Below, piece by piece: positions 25,076 through 37,467 of a stretch of DNA of 61,858 nt. How positions within the stretch are numbered: position 1 is the stretch's first letter; each line of letters starts with the position of its first letter. The stretch spans positions 13,750,731-13,812,588 of the forward strand of contig NC_057719.1 in NCBI RefSeq assembly GCF_004010195.1. The letters run 5' to 3'. The DNA comes from Chiloscyllium plagiosum (taxonomy: Eukaryota). The notes under the pieces are model-generated. The model searched no databases, was not told where the DNA came from, and saw only the letters and a program-made list of their open reading frames with translations. The translations under genes and the position numbers were made by a program.

Positions 25076-25288
25076 GAAGAAAGTGCGGACTGCAGTTGCT
25101 GGAGATCAGAGTTGAGAATGTGGTGCTGGAAAAACACAGCAGATTAGGCAGCATCCAAAGAGCAGGAGAATCGACGTTTCAAGCATAAGTCTCATTCCTG
25201 ATGAAGAGCTTATGCTCGAAACATCGATTCTCCTGCTCCTCCGATGCTGCCTGACCTGCCGTGCTTTTCCAGCACCACGCTTTCGACT
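25076..25288. mobile_element. PLE-derived palindromic insertion (family A variant); hammerhead core 25198-25225 (+)
   Basis: 15-bp TSD ctga(c/t)tgtgcatctg at 25061-75 / 25289-303; stem II GAGC/GCUC. Confidence 0.85.
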
Positions 25289-26819
25289 CTGATTGTGCAT
25301 CTGAGAAGGAACTCGGAAGCTCAAGCAACATTTCAAAGTCATGCCTGGATATTTCAACTGAAATTTAATGCTAATTGATATAAAATAGTTGGTTGAGCTC
25401 TGTGGTAGATACATAAAAATGAGGAACTAGATTAAGGTGACTGAAATTCATTTCATTGATTCACCTTTCAGCTGTCAAAGAGAAGTATTTATCCTGTCAG
25501 TTTCTGGACTTGATTACAGTGCAGGTCGCAATGGTGAATAGGTGGATTTACAGTGTCAATCCAGCCCTCTTGTAATTATAAACTGTGATGCTTCCAGCTA
25601 AATCCATAAACCCATCATTGCAAATGAGTAACTATCAATGCCTACAATTATCTCCATGTTTACATCATCATTAGTTTCATGCACTGTCCTGAGGGTTTGT
25701 CAGATTGGGTTCATCCTCTAGTGTTTTGTCCCACTTTGACACTTGTGATAAATTATGATTAAAGTCCAATCTTTTAATTAGATAAGCCTTTAGATAAACA
25801 TTAATGAAACTGAAAATCAGCAAAACCTTCATTTGTGCTATAATTTTAATCTCCTCTCTTCTTTTCTTGAAGTCATGGATTTGTGTTTTCTTTTATTTGA
25901 TGAATTTGTCACCTTTGGATATCCGACTAATCCTGACAAGAAACAAGAGGTTTTGTGGTTGGATCAAATTCTGTCCTTCTCTAGTATGCAGAGGCAGGCA
26001 CTCTGGCTTGCTGTTATCCCTTTCCAGCGCCCGTGGAGACAGTGCTGTACAGCACCGAAACAGACCCTTCAGGCAACTCGTCCATGCTGACCAGATATCC
26101 TAAATTAATCTAATCATTCCACCCCCGCTAACTCCAGCGAACTTGCATGAACGTACGCTATTCTGTCACCCTGGCTCAGACCAGCTGTCTCAATATAAAC
26201 CAGAATCAAATCTGTGACTGTCCCTGTGTGTAGATACTAATGTCATAAATACAAGATAAAGTGCTTTTACTGTTATCAATAACATTACTGTTCTATGTGT
26301 CATGACTGCTAACTGCTGTTTTTTATCTTCACCTTTTAATGATGAGTGTTATTTAATTTGGTACTTTGCTAATACTGTTGCTACATGGTATTGTTCAAAC
26401 CTTTGTTTTTGTGCATCTTAGCCTTGTGTTCCAAAATAACATTTTAAGGTTGACTCTTTGCCTGCAAGTGCCATATTTTCAGAAGTCGCTGATTCACAGT
26501 CCTGTTCTCAGGCAGTGTATCTACAAGTCCCATTATGCTGCAACTAAGCTTTGCTGTCCATTGGGAACACAGAATTGATGTCAACAGTCATGTAGCAGTC
26601 TGTCTTCAAGCACATCAGAAGGCAGCAGAGCTGGCATTCATGATCCTCATTCACATGGAGAGGTGACCAGAACCATTTAGATAAACTGAGCTGTGTGTAC
26701 CTTTACTGCGATGTAGATTTCAGACTTCATTAAATACTGTATTCATATTTGGAAACCCAAGCACAATATAAAAACACAGGTTAACATCTTCCTTAGTGAA
26801 TCTTTTTGGGGAAGTCATC

Positions 26820-27577
26820 AAGTCATAGAAAACAGACCCTTTGGTCCAACTCATCCATGCCGACCAGATATCCTAACCTAATCTAGTCCCATTTGCCAGC
26901 ACTCGGCCCATATCCCTCTAAACCCTTCCTATTCATATACCTATCCAGATGCCTTTTAAATGCTGTAATTGTACCAGCCTCTACCACTTCCTGTGGCAAC
27001 TCATTCCATACATGTACCACCCTCTGTGTGAAAAAGTTTCCCCTTTTTAAATCTTTCCCCGATCATCTTAAACCTATGCCCTCCAGTTTTGGACTCCCCT
27101 ACCCTGGGAAAAGACCTTGGTTATTATCCCTTTCCATGACCCTCATGATTTTATAACCTCTATAAGGTCACCCCTCAGCCTCTGACGCTCCAGGGAAAAC
27201 AGCCCCAGCCCGCTCAGCCTCTCCCTATAGCTCAAACCCTCCAACCCTGGCAACATCCTCGTAAATCTTTTTTGAATCCTTTCAAGTTTCGCAACATCTT
27301 TCTGATAGGAAGGAGACCAGATTTATGTGCAGTATTCCAGTAGTAGCCTAACCAATGTCGTGCAGCACAACCTCCCAACTCCTATACTCAACAAAGGCAA
27401 GGATAGCAAACACCTTCTTCACTATCCTATCCACCTGCAACTCCTCTTTCAAGGAACTATGAACCTGCACTCCAAGGTCTCTTTGTTGAGCAACACTCCC
27501 CAGGACCTTACCATTAACTGTATAAGTCTTGCTCCAATGTGCCTTTCCAAATATAGCACCTCACATTTATCTGAAGT
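26820..27577 (-). mobile_element. CR1 (HER1-like) 3' fragment
   Basis: Reverse complement of the 7018-8822 family. Confidence 0.9.
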
Positions 27578-27584
27578 AAACATG

Positions 27585-27930
27585 GGTGATGGCCAAGTGG
27601 TATTATCACTGGAGTGTTAACCCAGAGACCCAGGTAATGTTCTGAGGATGTGGGGGCTGAATCCCACCACGGCAAGTGATGGAATTTGAATTCAATAAAA
27701 CAAAATCTGAAATAAAAATTAAAAGTCTAACGATGATCATGAATTGATCATCAAGAAAAACCTCTCTGGTACACTAATGTCCTTTAATGGAGGAAACTTC
27801 TATCCTTACCTGCTCTGGCCTACATGTGACTCCAGACCCACAGCGGTGTGGTTGATTCTCAAGTGCTGTGTGGGGGGTTAATACTGACCCAGCCAGTGAT
27901 GCCATCATCCTGTGAATGCCTAAAAAGAAG
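27585..27930 (+). mobile_element. Second tRNA-SINE family, near full length
   Basis: A-box-like tggccaagtggta, B-box-like ggctgaatccc, and a tail shared with the LINE at 4336-4859. Confidence 0.75.
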
Positions 27931-29090
27931 AATCAGTCTGTAAAAGTCTATCAGGTTTGTCTTTACATTGACAGCTCTTCTTTCAAATGTGTTGAAGCTG
28001 ATCCAATAATTGGAGGTGTTTTTAATTAGAGAATGCAAGGACTATTACACTTTGTGAGGAGAATGGTCCTCTATAACTCCAAGTGGGCAATGAATTAGAA
28101 ACCAATTAAGTTAAGCAGGTTAAAGGAAGGTCAGCCGACTGATAACATTTAAAATGCAAGTCGAGAAAAGCTTGTGAGGTTTCTGTAAGTTGAAAGCTTT
28201 TCTTTTCAGAGGTTATTGCAATGATGGGCTGAGTTGCAGCCTTGCAGTGATCCTCCTCAGCTACTGTTACTCTAAAAGTAATCGGTGATATTAATTCTGC
28301 TGATGTTCAACTAAGTGGAAAGTCCAAAAGCAGCATGTCCCCAGAATGAACTTCTCAAGCAAATACTTTAATTATCTTCTTGCTGGACTAAATTTTTAAT
28401 CAAGTTATTCCCCTGGACCAATGCATTGATGGAATACCACTGCCACTCTGTGAGTGTTTGTGCTCATTACCTTCTGAGATGGAGTCTGCATTAATGTTGG
28501 TGGGTCGCCTCAGAGCGGAGGTGGTTCAGGGGAGATTGAATAGAGGTGTCAAAAGCATGAAGTGTTTTGATAGAGTAAATAAGGAAAAGCTATTTGTGGT
28601 GGCTGGAGGACCAGCAACCAGAGGATACAGATTGAAGGCAGTTGCCAACAAAAAAATGTTCAGAGGCTAGACGAGTTATTTTTATGCAATGAATTATTAC
28701 AATCTGGAATTCTCTGCTGAGAAGGACAGTGGAAGCAGACTCACTAATGAATTCCATAAAGAGAAATGGGTGAATACTTTCAGGGGAAAATATTACAGGG
28801 GAGCGAGACTAACTTTGTAGCTCTTTTAAAGAAGAGGCCAGCACAGATACACAGCCTCGATGCTGTACCGATCTTTGATTCAGTTCGTGAAACCACTTCC
28901 TGCTCCAAGACTTGTGAATGCGCCAACTGAAGCTTTCCAGGATATAAAGTCAACAAACAGCAGAGGCAATGAGAAAGGGCATGTAAAAGCACCGAACCTG
29001 TAAGAAATAGGAGATTCGGCCCCTCGAGCAGGGTCTGCCGTTCAATAGGATCATTTGATTGGAGTTATTTATTGTCATGTGTACTAAGTA

Positions 29091-29277
29091 GCTGAAAATG
29101 TGTTGCTGGAAAAGCGCAGCAGGTCAGGCAGCATCCAGGGAACAGGAGANNNNNNNNNNNNNNNNNNNNNNNNNNATTCTCCTGTTCCCTGGATGCTGCC
29201 TGACCTGCTGCGCTTTTCCAGCAACACATTTTCAGCTCTGATCTCCAGCATCTTCAGACCTCACTTTCTCCTCAAAG
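29091..29277. mobile_element. Young PLE-derived palindromic insertion (family A), apex unresolved
   Basis: 60-bp perfect inverted arms around 26 N; perfect 14-bp TSD atgtgtactaagta (29077-90, 29278-91). Confidence 0.9.
29150..29175. other. Assembly gap (26 N)
   Basis: N run. Confidence 1.
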
Positions 29278-31059
29278 ATGTGTACTAAGTACAGTGTTTA
29301 CGAGCACAGGCAGAGCACAGTAAGCAAGGACGTACAAATCATAGGGTGAAATAAAACTTAGACAAAGGTATACAGGTTATTGCCCACAGGGCGTGCACTA
29401 GGCAGGATCAACATTAGCAAGATTGGCATTATTTGGAGTTACACAGCTCCATTCAGCAGTCTAATAATGGCAGGGAAGAAGCTGTTCCTGAACCTGCTGG
29501 TGTCTGTGTGTTCAAGCTTCTGTAATTTCTCCCTGATGGAAGAGGTAGTAGGAGAACCTTACCGGGGTGGGAGGGGTCTTTGATGATGTTCGCATTCTTT
29601 CCGCTGCAATGAGAAGTGTAAATGGAGTCCATGGATGGGAGGTTGGCTTCTGTGATGGTCTGGGCCACGCACACCATCTTCTGTAGTTTCATATGGTCCT
29701 GGGCAGAGCAGTTGCCGTACCAGGCCGTTGTGTACCCAGACACAATGCTTTCAATGGTGCATCTGTAAAAGTTAGTGTGGAAGCTTATGGACGTGCTGAA
29801 TTTCCTGAGTTGCCTGAGGACAAAGATGTATTGTTTTGCCTTCCTTACTATCGCAGCTATGTGGGAAGTCCAGGACAGTCTGTCGGTTATCGTCACTCCG
29901 AGGAACATGACACTCTCAACCCTCTCCACCTCAGCTCCATTGATGTAGATGGGGGCGTGTTCTCCTCCTTTCTTCCTGAAGTCAATGATCAGCTTTTTAA
30001 TATTGCTGATGTTGAGAGAGAGGCTGTTCTCATGGGATCATGGCTGATCTGGTATCCTCTTTCCTATATTTTCCCTTTATTCCTCTACTGTTCAAGAATC
30101 TCTCTCTCTTAGCCTGAAGTATACGTCAGGATTCTGCCCTACAGCTCTCTGTGGCAAGGAGTTCCAATGGTTGTAGATGTAACCTAGGTATACGGCATCA
30201 CACGTGCCTTCAGATTATTGCATTTGTCAGTGTCGCTCAGATTTGGAGGAGCTTCTTTAAGTGGGTTTTGTTTCTGTTAGTGATACTCACTGGAAGACCA
30301 ATTCAGCGTGTTCCATGATGGAAGGTATTCTCAATGTGAAGGCAGCACTTTGCTTCCACAAGGACTGTGCATGGCCACTCTTACTGATACTGTCCTTGGA
30401 CAGATTGTATCTGTGGCAGTCAGATTGATAAGGATGAGGTCAAGTATGTTTTCTCTCATGTTGGTTCCTTCACCCACTGCCACAGACCCAGTCTAGCAGC
30501 AATGTCCCTTAGAACCTGGTCAGCAGGGTCAGCAGTGGTGCTGCTGAGCCACTTTTGATGGTGGACATCGAAGTCCCCCATTCTGCCCCCTGACCAAGTT
30601 CAACGCTTCCTCCAAATGTTGTTCAACATGAAGGAATCATGATTTATCAGTTGAGGGGGTGGGGGGGCAGAGAAATAAACTCATCATGCGGGCTGTGAAA
30701 AGTCAAAATAATAGAGAGAGATGATCTTGACATTGAGGTGGGCCCTGCCATACTTGTTGTTCAATTTGGCCACTCGTCTCAACATAGCCCATGTAGCACA
30801 CAGCCCGACCAGATTCTGTCTGTTGTTCCCATTGCGGAAAGATAAGGATCCAAATGAAGGTGATTAGAAAAAGAAACAATCTTAAAAGGTTTCATGCAGA
30901 GTGATGGTTTTGGATGGAGAATGCAATGCCCAAGAGTGAGGTGGAGGCTGATTCAATTATGCTTTTGATTAGAGAATAGGATAAAAGCCTTTAACATAAT
31001 TGCTGGGCTGATGTGTGACATTGTCACTATGTTAAATGCGACTGACATCGAACAGATCT

Positions 31060-31310
31060 TGGATTTTGGATTAGTGGTGCTGGAAGAGCACAGCAGTTCA
31101 GGCAGCATCTGAGGAGCAGCAAAATCGACGTTTCGGGCAAAAGCCCTTCATCAGGAATAAAGGCAGAGAGGCTGAAGCGTGGAGAGATAAGCGAGAGGAG
31201 GGTCGGGGTGGGGAGAAAGTAGCATGGGGTACAATAGGTGAGTGGGGGAGGGGATGAAGGTGATAGGTCAGGGAGGAGAGGGTGGCGTGGATAGGTGGAA
31301 AAGGAGCTGG
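31060..31310 (-). mobile_element. PLE terminus (family B) running into the gap; intact hammerhead core 31127-31154
   Basis: Minus strand CUGAUGA-A-GGGC-uuuu-GCCC-GAAAC-GUC. Confidence 0.85.
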
Positions 31311-32015
31311 NNNNNNNNNNNNNNNNNNNNNNNNNNNNNNNNNNNNNNNNNNNNNNNNNNNNNNNNNNNNNNNNNNNNNNNNNNNNNNNNNNNNNNNNNN
31401 NNNNNNNNNNNNNNNNNNNNNNNNNNNNNNNNNNNNNNNNNNNNNNNNNNNNNNNNNNNNNNNNNNNNNNNNNNNNNNNNNNNNNNNNNNNNNNNNNNNN
31501 NNNNNNNNNNNNNNNNNNNNNNNNNNNNNNNNNNNNNNNNNNNNNNNNNNNNNNNNNNNNNNNNNNNNNNNNNNNNNNNNNNNNNNNNNNNNNNNNNNNN
31601 NNNNNNNNNNNNNNNNNNNNNNNNNNNNNNNNNNNNNNNNNNNNNNNNNNNNNNNNNNNNNNNNNNNNNNNNNNNNNNNNNNNNNNNNNNNNNNNNNNNN
31701 NNNNNNNNNNNNNNNNNNNNNNNNNNNNNNNNNNNNNNNNNNNNNNNNNNNNNNNNNNNNNNNNNNNNNNNNNNNNNNNNNNNNNNNNNNNNNNNNNNNN
31801 NNNNNNNNNNNNNNNNNNNNNNNNNNNNNNNNNNNNNNNNNNNNNNNNNNNNNNNNNNNNNNNNNNNNNNNNNNNNNNNNNNNNNNNNNNNNNNNNNNNN
31901 NNNNNNNNNNNNNNNNNNNNNNNNNNNNNNNNNNNNNNNNNNNNNNNNNNNNNNNNNNNNNNNNNNNNNNNNNNNNNNNNNNNNNNNNNNNNNNNNNNNN
32001 NNNNNNNNNNNNNNN
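31311..32015. other. Assembly gap (705 N)
   Basis: N run. Confidence 1.
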
Positions 32016-32084
32016 TGCATACTTCTGCGAAAGGACAATGAGCATGAAGACAGCCAATTTGTCGGCCACTTCTTGGTATTTTGT

Positions 32085-32498
32085 TTCACTGTTGTGGTTC
32101 TGTTCGCCGAGCTGGGAATTTGTGTTGCAGACGTCTCGTCCCCTGTCTAGGTGACATCCTCAGTACTTGGGAGCCTCCTGTGAAGCGCTTCTGTGATCTT
32201 TCCTCCAGCATTTATAGTGGTTTGTCTCTGCCGCTTCCGGTTGTCAGTTCCAGCTGTCCGCTGCAGTGGCCGGTATATTGGGTCCAGGTCAATGTGCTTA
32301 TTGATTGAATCTGTCGATGAGTGCCAAGCCTCTAGGAATTCCCTGGCTGTTCTCTGTTTGGCTTGTCCTATAATAGTAGTATTGTCCCAGTCGAACTCAT
32401 GTTGCTGGTCCTCTGCGTGTGTGGATACTAAGGATAGCTGGTCGTGTCATTTCGTGGCTAGTTGGTGTTCATGAATGCAGATCGTTAGCTGTCTTCCA
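32085..32498 (-). mobile_element. 5'-truncated Poseidon-like PLE: GIY-YIG C-terminus plus terminus (family C)
   Basis: Manual translation GRQLTICIHEHQLATK*HDQLSLVSTHAEDQQHEFDWDNTTIIGQAKQRTAREFLEAWHS...INKHIDLDPIY; hammerhead-like CUGAGGA...GAGACGUC at 32130-32163. Confidence 0.85.
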
Positions 32499-32499
32499 G

Positions 32500-33563
32500 T
32501 ACAACACTGTGGGAAGTGTGTGAGATTGTAGGTAGTGTATTAAGATCGATAGAAAATTATTTAGCACCCAGGCAACAAACAGCAGGAATAAATTAGTGAC
32601 ATAGCAATCGGTACTGGGACCCCAGCTATTCACAACATGTGGTAATGATTTAGGCAACTAAATGTAATACCTCAAAATTTGCAAATAACATCAAGCTGGT
32701 AGGAAGGGTTATGAGGAGGTTTGGCAGTGTGATTTGGATAGTGCGAGTAAGTGGGCAAGCACATGGCAGATACAGTATAATGGGAATAAATGTGAGGTTA
32801 TCCATTTTGGTAGCAAAAATAAGGCGGCAGATTATTCCTTGAACAGCTGTAAAGTGAGAGGAAGGGAATATTCAACAAGACCTGGGTGTGCTTGTGCACC
32901 AGTCGCAAGTGCAGCACCTTGTGGTACTGGCAGTAAAGAAGGCAAACAGCCAGATGATTCCAGTATGGGGACAAGGATGTCTTGCTGTAACTATACAAGG
33001 CGTTGGTAAGGCCACACCTGGAATATTGTGTGCAGTTTTCATCTCCTTATCAGATGCTCTTGCTCCAAAGGGTGTGCAGTGACGGTTTATCAGATTGATT
33101 CCTGGGATAGCAGGACTGACGTATGAAGAGGGAATGAGTCGATCAGGATTGTGTTCACTGGAGTTTAGAAGTATGAGGGAGCCTATAAACTAGAAGCCTA
33201 TAAAATTCTACCAGGATCAGACAGGTTCGATTCAGGAAGCATGTTCCAGATGGTGGAGGGTTCCAAGAGCAGGAGTCACCGTTTAAGGATAACGGGTGAA
33301 CCCTTTAGGACTGAGATGAGGAGAAATTTCTTCACCCAGAGAGTGGTGAGCCAGGAGAATTCACTACCACAAGAAGTGGTTTGGGTCAAAACCTGTGTTT
33401 CCATGAAGGCAGTAGATATAGCTGTTGTGGCTAAAGGGATCAAAGGATTTGTGGGGAGGCTGGGGCGAGAGTATTGAGCTTAATGGTCAGGAAAGATCAT
33501 AATGAAAGGTGGAGCAGGCTCTAGCTGAATGGCCTACTCCTGCTTATGTCTTCCATGTTTCTG
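32500..33563 (+). mobile_element. CR1 RT/3' fragment
   Basis: KCEVIHFG and RRNFFTQRVV motifs; CR1 tail. Confidence 0.85.
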
Positions 33564-34172
33564 CGGGCCATGGAACCAGACTATTTGTTCCAAGCAATCC
33601 AAATTGGCAACTACCATTCACACAAGCAATTCGTTCTATTCACATTTACTTAGCATAAAAATTAGAGAATGAAAAAGCACAGAAAGAGGCCGCTTGGCCC
33701 ATCATATCTGTGATGACTCTTAAGTAAAGCTATCCAATTAATTCCAATCCCTTTCCCATTCCCTATATTTCCCTGTAGACCTTTAACCTTTTTTAGTTCT
33801 CCTTTGAATGGGAGACGGGAGCATGGGGTAAGACTGTATTTATACAACATCTATTACACCCTTTGCAACCAATTAAGTATTTATAACTGATCTATTAGTC
33901 ATGCCATCACAAATTTCCACCACATAACATTGCCAACTTATTCCTTACTTAGTTCCCCTGCAGCATAAACCTTAATCCATGCCTTTGTTACTGCTAGATT
34001 CAACTGTTCCATTGCACTCCTAGATTTTTTCCTCATGCTCTAACTCCCATAAATGTCAATTCCGCTAAAACTTTGTTCCATTTCACATTAAATCCCATCC
34101 CCTTATCACCCCTGTGATTGTTGACATAAGTTGGCCCTCCATCAAGCTAGGTCATAACTGTGCATTCTCATC

Positions 34173-34528
34173 TTAAAAATGTGTTGCTGGAAAAGCGCAG
34201 CAGGTCAGGCCGCATCCAAGGAGCAGGAGAATCGACGTTTCGGGCATAAGCCCTTCTTCAGGAATGAGGAGGGTATGCCCTGAAGCTCTTCAGCCGGCCT
34301 ATCACCTTAACCTCCTTCCACCTATCGCATTCCCAATGCCCCTCCCCCAAGTCCCTCCTCCCTACCTTTTATCTTCGCCTGCTGGGCACACCCTCCTCAT
34401 TCCTGAAGAAGGGCTTATGCCCGAAACGTCGATTCTCCTTCTCCTTTGATGCTGCCTGACCTGCTGCGCTTTTCCAGCAACACATTTTTAAGCTCTGATC
34501 CCCAGCATCTGCAGCCCTCACTTTCTCT
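34173..34528. mobile_element. PLE-derived palindromic insertion (family A) with two intact hammerhead cores (34234-34261 minus, 34403-34430 plus)
   Basis: 15-bp TSD ctgt(g/a)cattctcatc at 34158-72 / 34529-43. Confidence 0.9.
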
Positions 34529-34974
34529 CTGTACATTCTCATCCCTTTTTTCAAATCCCTCCATGGTCTTTCTCCTCCCTATATCTGTTATTCTCTCCAG
34601 CCCCACAGCCCTGTATTTCTGTCACTCTGAACTCCTGTGCAATCCTAATTATAATTTCTTGACCATTGTTGGCAATGTCTTCATTTGCCCAAGCTCCAGA
34701 ATATCTTACCATCATCTATTGAAAGACCCTCTGGAGTATCTGGGTCTTTGATCTGACTTTTGCGCAGCAACTTGTTCCATTCACCCATGGACATGGGCAT
34801 TGCTGGCTGGCCTTCATAAATACTGACCTAATATATCCCTACGTGTCCCCTTTGGTGCTATTAACATAGTGATTGGAATGTGGTCAGCCAGGTGGACCTC
34901 ATAGAATATGAGTTCCCTGACTGGGGCTGTTAACCTGGTCCAATCAGGGAACCCTGGCTGACAGATATAAACAA

Positions 34975-35237
34975 GGTAAAAACAAGGACTGAAGATGCTG
35001 GAAACCAGAGTCTAGATTAGAGTGGTGTTGGAAAAGTACAGCAGGTCAGGCAGCATCCGAGGAGCAGGAAAATCGACGTTTCGGGCAAAGGCCCTTCATC
35101 AGGAATACGGGCAGAGTGCCTGCAGGGTGGAGAGATAAATGAGAGGGGGGTGGGGGTGGGGAGAAAGTAGCATTGAGTACAATAGGTGAATGGGGGTGGG
35201 GATGGAGGTGATAGGTCAGGGAGGAGGGTGGGGGAAG
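34975..35237 (-). mobile_element. PLE terminus (family B); intact hammerhead core 35075-35102
   Basis: Same family as 31060-31310; taaaca on both flanks. Confidence 0.85.
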
Positions 35238-35351
35238 GTAAACAGAAGTGTCAGGGCTCCTGGTCACTCTAGGAGTCAGACAAATAGTTTGGTTCCATGG
35301 CCCAATGAAGCATAGAAGATATGAGCAGGAGTAAGGCATTCAGCCCCTTGA

Positions 35352-35589
35352 CTGGCAAAAGTGAGGACTGCAGATGCTGGAAATCAATGTCTAGATTAGA
35401 GTGGTGCTGGAAAAGCACAGCAGGTCAGGCAGCATCTGAGGAGCAGGCAAATCAATGTTTTGGGCACAAACCCTTCATCCGGAAGGGCTGATCCCGGTAC
35501 TTCGATGTTCCTGATGAAGGGCTTTTGCCTGCTCCTCAGATGCTGCCTAACCTGCTGTGCTTTTCCACCACCACTCTAATCTAGACCCA
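35352..35589. mobile_element. PLE-derived palindromic insertion (family B)
   Basis: Perfect 15-bp TSD cattcagccccttga (35337-51, 35590-604). Confidence 0.9.
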
Positions 35590-36796
35590 CATTCAGCCCC
35601 TTGAGCCTGCTCCACCATTTGTTATGATCTTTCCTGGTCATCAAGTTCAATACTCTCGCCCCAGCCTCCCCACTAATCCTTTGATCCCTTTCGCCACAAC
35701 AGCTCATTCTGAGCTAGCTGGGTCAGTGTCATGTACTATGCATGTGTAAATAAAAGGTGACTTGGCGCCGGGATATCGACCTTGTGGAGTTATTTCAAGT
35801 AACCTTCCTGTTTTTAAATGCTCCTTTGAAGTGCTTTGGAAATGCTTCATTGTGATAGAGGTACTATATAAATAGAAATTGTTGTTATAATTTGGGAAAC
35901 CTAACAGCCAGATCTGTTAGAATTTCATGAACTGCTGGGAACTAATTGACCAGATTGCTTACTTAGGTTAGTGGAAGTGTGAATATTGATTAGAATACTG
36001 TGTGAACTCTCCCCTCCTTATTCAAATGCTATTTAATAGGATATGGGATTTTTCATACCCACACCTTGGAACTTCGGTTGAGAAAGGCAGTGTGGAAGAC
36101 AGTACGCAGAGAAATTATCAGTCTATATTAATAAAGACAAGAAACCTCAACTGAGAGGATAATGAATCTCAAGAAATGAACTGTTTTCCATTGAAGTTTG
36201 TTTTTATTAAAACACTAACTCAACTATACCGCAGTAAATCAGATCAAAAGATACAACAGAAGAATTTCATTCTTTTTAATGTCCCTGAGGTTTTATCAGG
36301 ATTCTGCATGACAATTCAGGGATGCAATAAAGGCCATTCAAAATTAATCTGAGATACACGCTCTGTGCAAAATGATTAGTTTATTTTAGAAAATGAATTT
36401 CAAACTTCTAAAAGTATAACCATCCTCATAAAATAATAATAAACATTAAGCGCTGAATTCCTAGATCACGACACATGCAAATGGCCATAGCCTTGCAAAC
36501 TGAACTCTCTCTGATGTGGGCCTCATTAAGATTAATAAATACAAGCAAATACTAGCCACAGAGATGTGAATAGAAAACCTCCTGCTCTGCAGCTGATGCT
36601 CAGGCTTGTATTGTCTGCTGTATGTAGCTCTGAAATATTATACCATAGAGAAAGATGAGGTTTCATTTGGCCCATACATCAAAGTTTCCACTTACAGTTT
36701 GTTACTATGGAAGTCTGTGTTAGAGTATAGAGATGTACAGCATGCAAACAGACCCTTTGGTCCAACCTGTCCATGCCGACCAGATATCCCAACCCA

Positions 36797-36920
36797 GGGT
36801 AAAAACAATGGCTGCAGATGCTGGAAACCAGATTCTGGATTAGTGGTGCTGGAAGAGCACAGCAGTTCAGGCAGCATCCGAGGAGTAGCAAAATCAACGT
36901 TTTGGGCAAAAGCCCTTCAG
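36797..36920 (-). mobile_element. PLE terminus (family B), truncated in the hammerhead core
   Basis: Ends ...aaaagcccttca. Confidence 0.8.
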
Positions 36921-36924
36921 GGTC

Positions 36925-37172
36925 TCTCGACCTTAACCCTGCATTTCACATAGCCAATCCAACTAGCCTGTGCATCCCTGGACACAATGGACAATTTAGC
37001 ATGGCCGGTCCACCTAACCTGCACATGTTTGGAATGTGGGTGGAAACTAGAACATCCGGAGGAAACCCATGCAGGCATGGTGAGAACATGCAAACTCCAC
37101 ACAGACAATCACCCAAGGTTAGAGTTGAACCTGGGTCCCTGGTGCTGTGAGACAGCAGTGCTAACCACTGAG
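36925..37172 (-). mobile_element. HE1-type SINE
   Basis: Family similarity. Confidence 0.85.
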
Positions 37173-37467
37173 ACACCTGAAAGGACAGAGCGAAAGGCTG
37201 TCCTCCCTGTGCTGTAGCCATCACATGTATACTATTTGTCCTCAATCCAATGTTCCTTCTCCCTCCAACTCAACATGACCTGAATTAGTTTGCAAGGCTA
37301 GTGTGGAGAAGAGTGACTCCGACATTATTTTCTGCGTGACACATTTTAAACAAATTTTAACCAGAGAAAGTAAGTCTCAAGGTAAACGAAGGCCATGTGT
37401 ACTAGAGAGTTGGGGGCTCGGTTAAAACATCAGACATACCAAATAAAACCGGAGGAAGCTAAAAAGG

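Larger units (their letters stand above)
29055..30030 (-). mobile_element. Rex1/Babar 3' fragment
   Basis: ORF 29453-29929 VES..FLG..LSW..H...LRQLRKF..FYRCTIES. Confidence 0.9.
34874..35797 (+). mobile_element. Probable short solo LTR with nested insertions
   Basis: TGgaat...atttCA ends, CCAAT (~34940), TATAAA (~34966) and AATAAA (~35749) in LTR order. Confidence 0.6.
33870..35888 (+). mobile_element. Old L2 LINE 3' fragment hosting nested insertions
   Basis: HAFVTARFNCS (L2 HAFVTSRLDY-like) near 33978; L2-type tail at 35815-35888. Confidence 0.6.

Noticed and set aside
29091..29277. Palindromic insertions as classical DNA-transposon MITEs or pre-miRNAs
   Set aside because: Variable 9-16 bp TSDs, an asymmetric tail, variable arm lengths and hammerhead cores fit PLE retrotransposition better.
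31098..32154. 248-323 aa ORFs in the track
   Set aside because: Artefacts of translating through 705 Ns.
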